Of a DNA stretch of 64,000 nt, positions 1 to 11,948 are shown piece by piece. This DNA comes from Chiloscyllium plagiosum (lineage: Eukaryota), in the NCBI RefSeq assembly GCF_004010195.1, contig NC_057719.1, positions 63,921,196 through 63,985,195 of the forward strand. The letters are read 5' to 3'. The first letter of the stretch is position 1; each line of letters begins with the position of its first letter. The translations under genes and the position numbers were made by a program. The notes below the pieces were generated by a model. The model ran no database searches, was not told where the DNA came from, and worked only from the letters and a program-made list of their open reading frames with translations.

Positions 1-1873
1 TTTTATAAATATATTAAGGACAAAAGGGTAACTCGGGAGAGAATAGGGCCCCTCAAAGATCAGCAAGGCTGCCTTTGTGTGGAGCCACAGAAAATGGGGG
101 AGATACGAAATGAATATTTTGCATCAGTGTTTACTGTGGAAAAGGATATGGAAGATATAGACTGTAGGGAAATAGATGGTGACATCTTGCAAAATGTCCA
201 GATTACAGAGGAGGAAGTGCTGGATGTCTTGAAACGGTTAAAGGTGGATAAATCCCCAGCACCTGATCAGGTGTACCCGAGAACTCTGTGGGAAGCTAGA
301 GAAGTGATTGCTGGGCCTCCTGCTGAGATATTTGTATCATCGATTCAGGTGTACCCGAGAACTCTGTGGGAAGCTAGAGAAGTGATTGCTGGGCCTCCTG
401 CTGAGATATTTGTATCATCGATAGTCACAGGTGAGGTGCCGGAAGACTGGAGGTTGGCAAACGTGGTGCCACTATTTAAGAAGGGCGGTAAAGACAAGCC
501 AGGGAACTATAGACCGGTGAGCCTGACATTGGTGGTGGGCATGTTGTTGGAGGGAATCCTGAGGGACAGGACGAACACGTATTTGGAAAGGCAAGGACTG
601 ATTCGGGATAATCAACATCGTTTTGTGCGTGGGAAATCATGTCTCACAAACTTGATGGAGTTTTTTGAAGAAGTAACAAAGAAGATTGATGAGGGCAGAG
701 CAGTAGATGTGATCTATATGGACTTCAGTAAGGCGTTCGACAAGGTTCCCCATGGGAGACTGATTAGCAAGGTTAGATCTCACAGAATACAGGGAGAACT
801 AGCCATTTGGATACAGAACTGGCTGAAAGGTAGAAGACAGAGGGTGGTGGTGGAGGGTTGTTATTCAGTCTGGAGGCCTGTGACCAGTGGAGTGCCACAA
901 GGATCGGTGCTGGGCCCTCTACGTTTTGCGAGCATAAGAGGGACAGTTAGTAAGTTTGCAGATGACACCAAAATTGGAGGTGTAGTGGACAGCGGAGAGG
1001 GTTACCTCAGATTACAACAGGATCTGGACTAGATGGGCCAATGGGCTGAGAAGTGGCAGATTGAGTTTAATTCAGATAAATGCGAGGTGCTGCATTTTGG
1101 GAAAGCAAATCTTAGCAGGACTTATACACTTAATGATAAGGTCCTAGGGTGTGTTGCTGAACAAAGAGACCTTGGAGTGCAGGTTCATAACTCCTTGAAA
1201 GTGGAGTTGCAGGTAGATAGGATAGCGAAGAAGGCGTTTGGTATGCTTTTCTTTATTGTTCAGAGTATTGAGTACAGGGGTTGGGAGGTCATGTTGCGGC
1301 TGTACAGGACATTGGTTAGAATATTGTTGGAATATTGTGTGCAGTTCTGGCCTCCTTCCTATCGGAAAGATGTCGTGAAACTTCAAAGGTTTCAGAAAAG
1401 ATTTACAAGTATGTTGCCAGGGTTGGAGATCTGAGCTACAGGGAGAGGCTGAACAGGCTGGGGCTGTTTTCCCTGGAGCGTCAGAGGCTGAGGGGTGACC
1501 TTATAGAGGTTTACAAAATTATGAGGGGCATGGATAGGATAAATAGACCAAGTCTTTTCCCTGGGGGTTGGGGAGTCCAAAACTAGAGGGCATAGGTTTA
1601 GGGTGAGAGGGGAAAGATATAAAAGAGACCTAAGGGGCAACGATTTCACAGAAGGTGGTACATGTATGGAATGAGCTGCCAGAGGATGTGGCGGAGGCTG
1701 GTACAATTGCAACACTTAAGAGGCATTTGGATGGGTATTTAAATAGGAAGGGTTTGGAGGGATATGGGCCGGATGCTGGCAGGTGGGACTCGATTGGGTT
1801 GGGATATCTAGTCGGCATGGACGGGTTGGACCGAAGGGTCTGTTTCCATGCTTTACATGTCTATGACTCTATC
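1..1873 (+). mobile_element. CR1-clade LINE (HER1-like), RT region and 3' end; young but disabled; runs off the window start
   Basis: ORFs 79-1032, 1033-1434 and 1335-1586 give CR1 ORF2 motifs ([81 protein letters not shown]) broken by stops/frameshifts; 3' tail ctatgactctat. Confidence 0.95.
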
Positions 1874-1945
1874 TCCCATGATTTGGCCATGTTATAAATA
1901 TGGCTCCTTTAATACCAGTAACTGCACCATGAGACCTCCATATGT

Positions 1946-2137
1946 TCATAGAATCCCTACAGTGTGGAAACAGGCATTTGGCCCAACAAGTCCACACCAA
2001 CCCTCTGAAGTGTAACCACCCACATCCATTTCCTTACCCTACTAGTCTATATTTACCCCAACTAATGCACCTAACCTACAAATCCCTGAACACTTAGTAT
2101 GGCCAATTCACCTAACCTGCACATCTTTGGATTGTGC
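1946..2137 (-). mobile_element. HE1-type V-SINE, 3' part
   Basis: Reverse complement matches the 3' half of the copy at 23584-23897 (caaagatgtgcagg, gaattggcca, gcctgtttccacactgta). Confidence 0.85.
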
Positions 2138-2643
2138 CTGAAATCAAAAAAATGCGTTTTGTCTAACTTATTAAATAAAAAATATTTATGTTGATTTTAA
2201 AGCAAGGAGAATTAAATGTTGTCAAATGGTTTCAGAACAATGAATGGTGTTTTAAATGTGCAAGGTGTTTTTTTTCCAAGTTAATATGTGGACTAAGCAT
2301 AGATTCAAGGTAAATTGCCTCAGGAATCAATATTCTCTACACATAAAGTTTTGTACATTCCCAAACATTTATTGGGTTTTAAATAACAATAAACCTATTT
2401 GAACAGAATGAATTAATTCATTTGAGTATTAAAGACGATCTGATCCACTTTTTGGAAGCAGACACTTTTGTGACAAAATAAAATTTCTGAGGTACCCAAT
2501 GTTTCAGCTGAGGTACCCAATGAGGCAAACCAAATTCTCCAAAATACTCAAATTTATATACAAACAGAATAGTTGTATGATGCTATTAAAGGCATGCAAG
2601 ATAAAATAAACATTATCTTCCTGTCTACAACAACAGACCATTT

Positions 2644-2772
2644 ATAAAAGCAAAATATTACAGTGCTGGAAATACAAAATAAAAACAGAAATTACTGGAG
2701 AAAGTCAGCACGTCTGGCAGCATCTGTGGAGAGAGAAACAGAGTTAATGTTTCAAGTCTAGTGACTCTTCCT
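2644..2772 (-). mobile_element. Penelope-like terminal repeat (pLTR) remnant
   Basis: ctggagaaagtcagcacgtctggcagcatctgtggagagagaaacagagttaatgtttc is the reverse complement of the sequence following the hammerhead in Penelope copies at 25421-25515 and 53519-53636. Confidence 0.7.
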
Positions 2773-4379
2773 TAGACTTTTGTTCAGTACTTATTATGTG
2801 CTTCCCAGGCATTTTCTTTGTCTGACCCATTTTGATACCTCAGACTTCCTGCAAACCCCAGGTTGAGAATTTAGGTTGGAATGCATGAGAGCTGTCATGG
2901 GATGAGTGTGTTGCGATGGGTAGTGGATGGGGGTCAGACATCACAGCATATACATCTAATCTAAAATCATTTTGTAAAAGTCTCACATTTAGTTCAGTGG
3001 TATTCCAAGGGTTATATTTTCTACACATAATTTAATGAGGAGGTAGAGGATCAGGCAGATGAAAAAAAGTGTTAAGTTGAGCACGTATTAATTAATGCAG
3101 CCTGAATTAATATAGTGTTTAATATGGCGCATGTTTACTCAATATATGGTTTGAATATTAACATTTAATAGCATGTAACGTATAGGATATTATAAAAACA
3201 ATAGCAACTATCGATTTTAAATCGATTTAATACATAATTTTCTTACTTGATTAAAATGTACTATTTTCCTCTGGTCGGTAGAAATTCGGTTGGGAGAAGG
3301 GCAGATTTCCATAATCCAGATGAAATGCGGATTATCTTTAGAAAAGGGCACTTTACAAAACCAGTTCAGGAGGAATTTGTGACGCTATGGCCCCTATCTC
3401 TGGGCCAGAAGGTCCCGCTTCAAGGACCACCTGCCCCAGAACGGGTTGATTAAAGACATTTGCAAAACTGTGTTCGGGCAGCAGAAAACACAACTTTCAA
3501 AGGAAGGGAGGTTACGCGAAACCTCACGAAATGCGCGTTGTCAACTGTAATTATAAAATTAAACTTGTTGCCCATCGTTCAAGATTGTGTGACAGACCTT
3601 GCAAAAATCTTCGTCGCTACAGTCTTAAATACAGTCCATCAAATCGGTGATAGCAGGGAACAGTTGACGAAATAAGAGTCATACATTAAAGCACACACAC
3701 ACTGGAAATTGGATATTACAATTTGGTGTTGAATGCGTGTTATTTCCCTTGAGATGCGTGTAACTTAAAAGACATGTATCTTTGAGGATTACTCGAATGT
3801 GTCATGTTTATATATGCAACTTCACAGGAACGGTTTCTGTGTCCAGGAAACATGACAGGGTGCTAACAACTTTTCACTCTCCAAGCGTGCGATCCACTAT
3901 GTTTTTTTTAAATCCTCAAAAAATGCAGATATTGAACTACGCGAGTCAATTTCGTCTCTAAAATCTCACAGGCCGATTCATAAACTCGCCAATAGCCTGT
4001 GCATTCTACAGCATTTTGGACTCCCTTTCATTTTTTTTTAAAGTTCGTCAGGACCAACAATTAGCAGCGTTTTTAGTTGATGGAAAAATGTAGCTAGACA
4101 CTCGGAACCAGGAGGAGTGAAGTGAGGTGCTGGACACCGAACTGAAGGACGAAGGGAGTGTATCACACATTGCACAAGAGTGGGAGGGCAGCAAATCATT
4201 TACTCAAAACAGTACATTCCACTAATGCAGCAGGCTCTGAAAACTTGGCTGTATCTGAGGTAGAAACTGATTCTGAGAACACTTTGTTGATACAACACCC
4301 TCTTCTCAGTTGCAATAATATTTGCTTTTGGTATTCAAGGCACGGTGAAGTTATTTGTCGGAATTAGTTTGTTTTATCT

Positions 4380-4500
4380 GATATGCTGGAAATCTGAAAT
4401 AAAAACAGAGAATGTTCGCATTCCCGAAGTAGATAGGACTCGAAACGTTCACCGCGTTTCCCTCTCCACAGACCTGCTGAAGTTTTTTCAGCGTTTCGTA
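4380..4500. mobile_element. Penelope pLTR remnant, two inverted pieces
   Basis: atgctggaaatctgaaataaaaacagag (minus piece) followed by ggactcgaaacgttcaccgcgtttccctctccacagacctgctga (plus piece). Confidence 0.6.
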
Positions 4501-5217
4501 TCGTCAGTTTAGCCTTTCTGATTAGATTAGATTCCCTACAGCGTGGAACCTGTAGCTACCAATATTGCAACCAATCCACAGCAACCCAAACACTTCCAGC
4601 TTTCACGGACACTCCGCTGCAGTTGGTCGTGTTCGGTATTATGGTCGCACATGACATTCTTATTCCGTCGTTCATGAGGCAACCTGTGACCTTTCCAGGG
4701 CCATCTGGGGTGGGGAATTGACGCCGATTTCTGGTTACTTTCTTGCACCGTGCCGCCTTTCACCACTGAAGTGGGGAAATGGGGTGAGACTGAAGGAGTC
4801 GCCCGGCAACAGGCATTAGCAGACAGCGAGATACTTTCAAAGAAGTGTGGAGGAAGGCTGACTCCAGTTGGCGGGGGGGGGTTTGGCGTTGGTGGGGTGA
4901 GGCGGTAAGGAGGATTTGCTTTGCTTCAAGTCCGCAGCAGCGCGACTGCTGCAACAGTGAAGTGTTCTGATTTCCAAAGGCGCTGATCTCATCCGACCCG
5001 ATCCGGCCCCTCCTCCTTTCTCCCTCTGCCGCCGGGATCGCGTTGCAAAATAAAACATTCCTGGCGTAGCTCACGCTTCACCTTTGTCCCCACCCCGAGA
5101 GCGCGCGATCGCGAGCAACCAGCCGGGGACCGGCACGCGCGCGCTCCCCGACCCAACACCGCGCGACAAAGCCGTTCCCTCTCTCTTCCGAATGGGGAGA
5201 GCGGGAGACGCTGATTT

Positions 5218-5229
5218 CGCGCACGCGCA
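5218..5229 (+). promoter_or_regulatory. NRF1 binding motif
   Basis: CGCGCACGCGCA fits YGCGCAYGCGCR exactly, in the island core. Confidence 0.55.
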
Positions 5230-5399
5230 CGTCGCGGCTCGCGCGCGCCCAGGCAGGCGGAGAGTCCGTTTAACCCCCTAAAAGAATACAGCGCTCGCGG
5301 CCGGAGGCAGTTAGAATCCTCCATTCGAGGTGAAGGGAGGGGGGTGTTTAATAACCAACTCCCCCCCCCCCCCCCCCACACAGCAAAGAGGGTCCGATC

Positions 5400-5607
5400 C
5401 TGAGCCCCTTTCCCCCTCACAGCCGAGTGTCTGCGTTCAGACGCCGGCACGGAGCAGCAGCTCGGCTCTCCTTCGCTATCAACAGGTTAGTGGGCATCAA
5501 CTGCCAGAAGAAGCTCTCGGCTCTTTTCAATTCCCCCTCCCGGCGCAAGTTTGTATCGAGAGGAGCCTTTCACTAGCCTCGGGACTCAGGCCTAGTCCGG
5601 GAAGGAG
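5400..5607 (+). other. Candidate non-coding first exon of an unidentified + strand gene (start approximate; donors after 5485 or 5607)
   Basis: CAG|GTTAGT at 5485/5486 and GAG|GTGAGA at 5607/5608, just downstream of the island core; no ATG in the interval. Confidence 0.5.
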
Positions 5608-6633
5608 GTGAGAGTCGGGTTGGGAAGGAGAAGAAAAGGCAGGCGGCCGGGCGAAAGTTACTGGGAAATGTTTTAGCATCAGGTCGCGTCCACGTACCCT
5701 CCTGCCGGCCGTGTCGAAAGAACTTGTCTGAGGGGGGAGTAAAGAAACGGGAGGCTGTCTCCGCTCCGTGTTACTGGGTGTGTTGGATTCTCCTTTCATT
5801 TGTCACCGCCCGAGTACTTCGCATTTAATTCACATCCTCCTCCTCCCCCGACAAAGAAAGGAAACCAATTCCCGGCTCTGGTCTGTGCGCACCTTTTATC
5901 AGTTACGTTCGTCCCTGTGAAATTTACTGTTTCTAAACAATTATAGACAAGCCGCAGCTTGGTTTCAAGCCGTATTGTTGCACGGTGGGATTGTCGGAAT
6001 ATCCTGGGTGTTTGCTCTTGTTGTGGAGATGGCCAAGAGTGTTGTTGCTGCTGGATGTTGCGGAGACTGAAAAATAATTTAACAGCAGCGTCAACGCTGC
6101 ACGATTTCTGCACGAATTCAAGTGCAATGATTCCACGGAGATGTTTCCAACTCCAAAACTCCGATTAAGTTGGGTGCCGGGGGCGGATGCTTTCAAAATG
6201 ATGGTGGGTTGGATACGGAATAGAGACTTTATTGGAAGAGGGAAGGGCATCCTTGCATTGCCTATGTTTTTAGAGGTGAAATGAAACTCAGAAAGGACGC
6301 CGCTCATAGTAGTTTAAGATTCAAAGCACCATCGAGAGCTAAGCCAAATAAGACAAGCAACAGGGACTAGGAGAAAATAAGAGAATAGGTCGGCTGCCAG
6401 CGTTAAAGGTCTTTTATGAGTATCATAAACAGTGAAAGAATGATCAAAGGAAGGATTTGGCAGTTGGGGACCAGAAAGATCAATTTCAGCAGGCAGAGGC
6501 ATGGCTAAGGTACTTTATAAGACTTTGTATCCGTTTGTTCAAAAAGAGTTTGTAATGATGAAGGGGGAGACTAGTAATTTTAGTCAAAATATATAAAAAG
6601 ATGTATTTAAAAGTAAGCAGTTTTCAAAAAAGA

Positions 6634-6723
6634 TGGAAATGTGTTGCTGGAAAAGCGCAGCAGGTCAGGCAGCATCTAGGGAACAGGAGAATCGACGTTT
6701 CGGGCATTAGCCCTTCTTCAGGA
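6634..6723 (-). mobile_element. 90-bp Penelope pLTR-only insertion with 15-bp TSD
   Basis: agttttcaaaaaaga at 6619-6633 and 6724-6738 flanks a pLTR segment containing a hammerhead core. Confidence 0.85.
6694..6721 (-). ncRNA. Minimal (Penelope-type) hammerhead ribozyme motif, core intact
   Basis: Minus strand CUGAAGA-A-GGGC-UAAU-GCCC-GAAA-CG-UC: both core boxes, a 4-bp stem II and a palindromic ACGU in place of stem III. Confidence 0.75.
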
Positions 6724-7154
6724 AGTTTTCAAAAAAGAACAGTTGCATAATCCAGATGGGATGCCTCCTAAATTATTGAATGAGATATTGGTGGAAATTA
6801 CAGGTGCTCAAGCACACTCCTAGAGGATTTCGCATATTGTTTAAGGTAGGATAAACCTACAATTATGGCCTAATTAGGTTAACATCAAAAAAAGCTTTTA
6901 GCAACAATAATCTGGACAAAATTAATTGTTTGGATAAATATGGAGTAATAATTTGAAGTGGGGGCTTGTTAAAGGCAGGTTATGTTTGACTTATTTGTCA
7001 TCTTTTATAGTAAGAGACTGTTGTGATGATTAATGATTGTGTGTGTTTTAAGAAGTTTTTAACAAAGTACCTTGTAACTGAATTTAGGAGAATTTGGCAT
7101 AATGGATATAAACTTGGCTAAGTGAAGAAAGTAAATGGTAGTGGTGAATGATGT

Positions 7155-7246
7155 AAAAGCAAAGCTGGAAATACTCTGCCAATCCTGCAGTATCTTTGCA
7201 GAGAGAAAAAACTGTTAATGTTTCATGTCAGTGACTTTTCCTCAGT
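7155..7246 (-). mobile_element. Penelope pLTR remnant
   Basis: gctggaaatactctgcc...gcagtatctttgcagagagaaaaaactgttaatgtttcatgtcagtgacttttcctcag; same family as 2644-2772. Confidence 0.6.
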
Positions 7247-8924
7247 AAAGGTAAATGGCTGGACACATTAGAATCACTGATTTTTGCTACTGATTGACCT
7301 AGATTTGGTATAGCAGATGTAATTTTTCAGGTTTGTGTGTTGCACAGAGCTTGGAAATGTATTAAATAATGAGGTTAATAACAAGATGTCAAGATGACAT
7401 AAAGTGACTGAAATGGTTGATGACCTTTTTAATTAAAGTAAGTTTTAAAATGATACATTTTAGGAGGAATGAGGAGAGGTCAGATGAACTACACATTTTA
7501 AAGGCAGTGTAGGAACATAAATTGTCGAAGGTTGCAGGACAAGATGCGAAGGCTTTATTAATGGTGAGTTGTGATCTGGAATGTTCTCTGAAGCGATAAT
7601 GAAAGCAGAATTGTAACATTCAAAAATTTGAATAAATAGTTGAAGGAAATTAATTACAAGACTGTGGCGTGAGAGATTAATTGAACAGTTATACCAAGGA
7701 GCTGTCACTGACCTATTCAATCATTATGTAATCTGTGGTCTATGAACAGCTTTTGAGTGTTTGAAACTGGTGCTTAGCTTTTCCTAAGTAAAAAATTACA
7801 GTTTGAATAAGAGAAACATATCTTAGAATTAATTTTGTAGTTGAGTTTCTTCAAAGTTTAAAATGTAAATAATTTTTTGCATTTGTGTCGATAAATACAA
7901 TGCAACTCATTTGTAATTATTTCTACTTTTTTGTGAGATTTATTTTGTGGCATTTGTCCTAACAATGCAATTTTGTGTCTGTAGTTACAATATGACTGTT
8001 AGGAACTGGCTGTAAGAGTTGAGACAATGGTGATGAGCTGGCATTGCCAGTAACAAAATGCTTGTTATGGGACTTCAGCTGAAGTTGTACAGCAGCAGTT
8101 AATTTGAACTGTTTTTTTTTATCATGTTTTATTGTTTCATTAGCTATTTGGATGACTATTTATTTAATTGTGACTGTTGTAGTAATATTCTATTAGATAT
8201 GTGGTAATCCAGAGCCTGAATTTAAGATCAACTTTTGAGCTATGGAAAATAGTTGAGTGGAATCACTACTACATTCTTTATTCTGTGATTATGGGGCATG
8301 ATAATGGTTCCCTTTGAGCATGAAATTATTTGAATTCAGTCTCTGAAATAATTTATCTATAATCACATGTTAATTTCATGAATGAACTGAGATTCCTTCA
8401 TTTAATTGAACTTTACTGGAGGGTATGTTCTTTAAAAAAATCAAAATGTGAGAATTATGAAATCATAATGGCTGAGAATTTCTGTAGGACATTTAGAAAA
8501 ACATTTCTGACATGGCCTGAGAATTGTGTACATGAGTGAATTGAGAAATTTAACGTGTACTAGTGAATTCTCCTGTAACTTCAACATTGATAGCGATTTT
8601 TCTCCGTATGTCAGCAATGCTGAAGGTTGGTTGACTCAGATAGCTAGCACATGATGCAGAATGATACAAATGGCACACATTCAATCTCAATGCCTTCTGT
8701 CATCATTCATTGAGACTGTCCCTCCTTGTCTTGCCCCATAATTGAGGAGCGGTACTCATAGTTATATAATTAATAACCCTTCTAATGGAGGGAGAAGCAA
8801 ATGGTTCATTGTGGACTATGGCTAATCTCGTTACTTAGATATTATGAGAATCTCAAGATGGTGAAGCTAGTTTGCTGTTGAATTATGCAACTAGCGTTAT
8901 GACAGTAATGGGAGAGGTATAGAG

Positions 8925-9870
8925 ATACTTGCCTTTTAGGCAAGGCATTGAATGCAAGAAGGAAGCTTTGATGAACCTGAATAAGATATTAGTTAGACCA
9001 CAGTTGGAAGATTGTATGGAGGTCTGGTTGCCATCCTATAGGAAGGATGTAATTGAACTAGAGAGGGTGCAGAAAAGATTCACCAAGACGTTGTCTGAGT
9101 ACAGGCGTTTCAGTTTTGAGATCGGGATTATTTTCCTGAGGGGGGACCTGATTGGGGTGTACAAAGTTATGAGGGGTGTAAATAGGTAGATGGGGAAAAA
9201 ACCTTTTTCCCTTAGTAGAGAGATCAGAAAATGAGGGTGTAGCTTTCAAGTAAAGGACATGATTGGGAGGTGCCAGTGTTGGACTGGCGTTACTGGTGAG
9301 ATATGCACACACTCTCTCATATACACCCCTCCACACGCACACACCCACATGGGCGCACACACGCAAGTTTGTGGGTTGAATTCGTACTTGCAGAAATACA
9401 TTTTATTTTGCTCAAAAACTGCTTTAATCTATGTAAGATTCTGTAAATTCCTTTTTTAGATTAGAATCAGGCTGAACATTGGGACATAGCCTCACACAGG
9501 GCACCTCATACCTTCAATGCATTATCTGGGCCAACATGGCACCTGTTGTTAAAGTTCACCTGAGAATGTAACTTTAAGAAAGTTCTGGAATTTACAAATG
9601 AAAGAACTGAAACCAACATGCCCAATCAGGTGGTTGTGGAATACTACAACCACCTAATGAAGGAGCAGCGCTCCAAAAGCTAGTGTTTCCAAATAAACCT
9701 GTTGGACTATAACCTGGTATTGTGATTTTTAACTTTTGGATTACATGATGGCTACAAGGGCTAAGGGCCACGTACTGGAAAACTGGAATAGAGTAGATAG
9801 GTGTTTGATACCTGACGGGAGCATAATACCATGAAGAGTCTCCTTCTCTGTGTATAACTCAATGATTCTA
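8925..9870 (+). mobile_element. CR1 3' fragment split by a Penelope remnant
   Basis: ORF 8929-9189 LVRPQLEDCMEVWLPSYRKDVIELERVQKRFT...LRGDLIGVYKVMRG; the CR1 3' UTR resumes at ~9737 and ends tataactcaatgattctat. Confidence 0.85.
9264..9737 (+). mobile_element. Penelope-like 3' remnant with decayed hammerhead
   Basis: cctaatgaaggagcagcgctccaaaagctag (decayed CUGAUGA/GGAGC..GCUCC/GAAA) then aataaacctgttggactataacctgg, shared with 10475-10552 and 45195-45282. Confidence 0.7.
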
Positions 9871-10474
9871 TTAATATTTGAAGGCTTTCAGCACAGTCTT
9901 ACTTTATTTCAAGGATTTCTACTGATAGTTATTCTTTCAACAAAAATTTTAATAGAATTAAAACCTCATGCTATGAAAAGCCACATAAGACATTCCATGT
10001 GCAAAACCAGTCCAACGATTGTATTAGAAATTGTCAATTTTGCTTTGTTACTTGTTTGTATTCTTAGAATTTGCAACTCTGGTAGAAATTTTTTTTTCCC
10101 TGATTTGAAAAGACTGGTTTATATTTGAGTGTCATTGAAATCTGCCTGTTGTAACTTCAGTATCTATCATTGACTAAAGCAGCTTTCTCACCACAAGTCT
10201 TGTTTGTGATTCAAGTTTCATAGCAACATGATAACTGCTCATTACTTTAGTCTACGTTTGAGTCGTGACATATCCAATGGAGTTAGATTGTGTAGAAAGC
10301 TGATGGATTTAGATTATCATCACATTATCTACAGCATGAGTGGTCTTTAAACCTAGAGTATCACTCATCAAGCAGCTGTTTGTCTACCACCTAATTCATA
10401 GCCTAGCCCTTTTTTTGGAAGTCCTGTCTGAAATATTGAGGTTATCCAGAAAGGATACAAAACTAATTTCTAAG

Positions 10475-10552
10475 TAGACCTGTTGGACTATAACCTGGTG
10501 TTGTGATTTTTAACTTTTTCCATCCCAGTCTAACACTGGCACCTCCATATCA
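10475..10552 (+). mobile_element. Terminal fragment of the same Penelope-like family as 9264-9737
   Basis: acctgttggactataacctggtgttgtgatttttaactttt is near-identical to 9697-9737. Confidence 0.7.
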
Positions 10553-11750
10553 TGATTTAAACCCAGGGAGTCTTCATTTTTACCACAGAGTAGCTTCTGA
10601 AGTTTGAATTCTATAAAATAATTGTCCCCTCAGTTTTCCATTCTTAACCAATTGTCATCTCAATCACCACTCCCATGCTGTCCTTTTTCTGCCGTCTTCC
10701 TCAATCCCTGTTAATCCAATTCCATCTCTCAAGGAAACTATTCTTCACAGAAACAATCTCTCATCCCTCTGTAATTTTGTTACTCTCACCACCAACTGTT
10801 GGGAGCCAAACATATATCACACATTCCAGTCCTCTTACACCATGTGCTGCTGTGTGCTTGGCACCGCTGACCAAATAAATCCATCAACAGATCTGCTACT
10901 TAAACCAAAACAGTCCAGATAGATGCAAACTTTATAATATTATAACAAATGTAATTAATGAGACAACCATCCTGTTCTTATCTACAAATTTTGTTAGTTT
11001 TCAGAGCTATGCTGAATTCACAGTTAATGCTTCTGTCTACTGAAACACTATTGCATTCCGTTTTGCATCTGACATGACAGCAACAGTAAACTATAAATGA
11101 AGAGGGAAAATAAAGACAATGATTCACCAACATACCCTATTTATGAAATATCCCTGGCTTTTAACATTAGAATCTTCTCCATTTACATTGTTCGCAACAA
11201 TTCCAAAAGCCATTGGGCTCGCTCTAACTCTCACTGGTTGTTTGCTTCTTGGGTTTGGTTTGTTCTAATGTTACAAGGAAGCAGGACATCATTGTCAGGG
11301 TATTGTTCCTGAAGTAACTCTTCATTTATATGACTGAGCTGCTGCCGGTTACAACACTAAAGGAATGCTGTAATGTTAAAGGAGCATGACTCTGTCTCTG
11401 GAAAGTGGGATGGTCACTCTTGTTGAAATTTCTGTGCACAAAGAATATAAGGTATGTAACAGGATTCTGGAGTTCTTTTAATAAAAGGCACCAAACCACC
11501 TTCTGCAAATAATTTATTGGGGTTATTCCTGGATGCACAGGTGTGGTTATGGTACAGGCCTAATAATTCAAATTCTTCCACAGCAAATTGTGAAAATTAA
11601 ATATGGCAACTTGTAGACAAAAACCTGGAAAATAAAATGATACCTTTTGTTTTGTCTTAAATATTAAACTAGTTTACCGATGTACTTCAGGAAAGAGGAT
11701 TTGACACCTTTTTTCTTCTGTGATGTGATACCAAGTATATATTACTAATT

Positions 11751-11883
11751 GGGTGTATTGTGGCAGAGTAGTTGTGTCCCTACCTCTGAGCCAGAAGGTC
11801 TAGGATTAAGATTCTCCTCCCCCCCCCACCCCCCAAACTCCCCATGGCATGTCATAACATGTCTTAAGTTGATTTAGAAATAT
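11751..11883 (+). mobile_element. Short tRNA-derived SINE (old)
   Basis: gtggcagagtagttgtgtccctacctctgagccagaaggtc...gttgatttagaaata; related copies at 11901-11949, 12435-12532, 13213-13306(-), 23995-24097 and 44808-44866(-). Confidence 0.55.
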
Positions 11884-11948
11884 CAAGGTGATATTTATGC
11901 AGGACTATTGTGGTGCAGTGCTAGTGTCCCTGCCTCTGGGCTAAGAGG

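Larger units (their letters stand above)
4540..6320. promoter_or_regulatory. CpG island / probable promoter (core ~4950-5900, CpG-enriched shore back to ~3270)
   Basis: Dense CpG and GC content (gcgcgcgatcgcgagc, gcacgcgcgcgc, gtcgcggctcgcgcgcgccc) against a CpG-depleted window; mostly non-repetitive. Confidence 0.9.
6305..7735 (+). mobile_element. Old, heavily deleted CR1 LINE fragment with later insertions
   Basis: Degenerate colinear similarity to CR1 ORF2/3' end (ggcatggctaaggtact, ccagatgggatgcctccta, ttgttaaaggcaggttatgtttgac, gatacattttaggaggaa). Confidence 0.7.

Noticed and set aside
79..1897. ORFs as an active reverse transcriptase gene
   Set aside because: Stop at 1030-1032, frameshifts and a deletion near 921 disrupt the CR1 ORF2.
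2488..2522. Direct repeat ctgaggtacccaatg x2 (also the 12-mer repeat at 19288-19316) as a functional array or CRISPR
   Set aside because: Only 2-3 units in a vertebrate genome; simple local duplications.
4760..5799. GC-rich ORFs on both strands of the CpG island
   Set aside because: Low-complexity Arg/Gly/Pro translations expected from GC-rich DNA, mostly without ATG starts and with no recognisable domain.
8030..8082. Box C/D snoRNA (GTGATGA...CTGA)
   Set aside because: Only ~53 nt, no convincing terminal stem and no recognisable rRNA guide.
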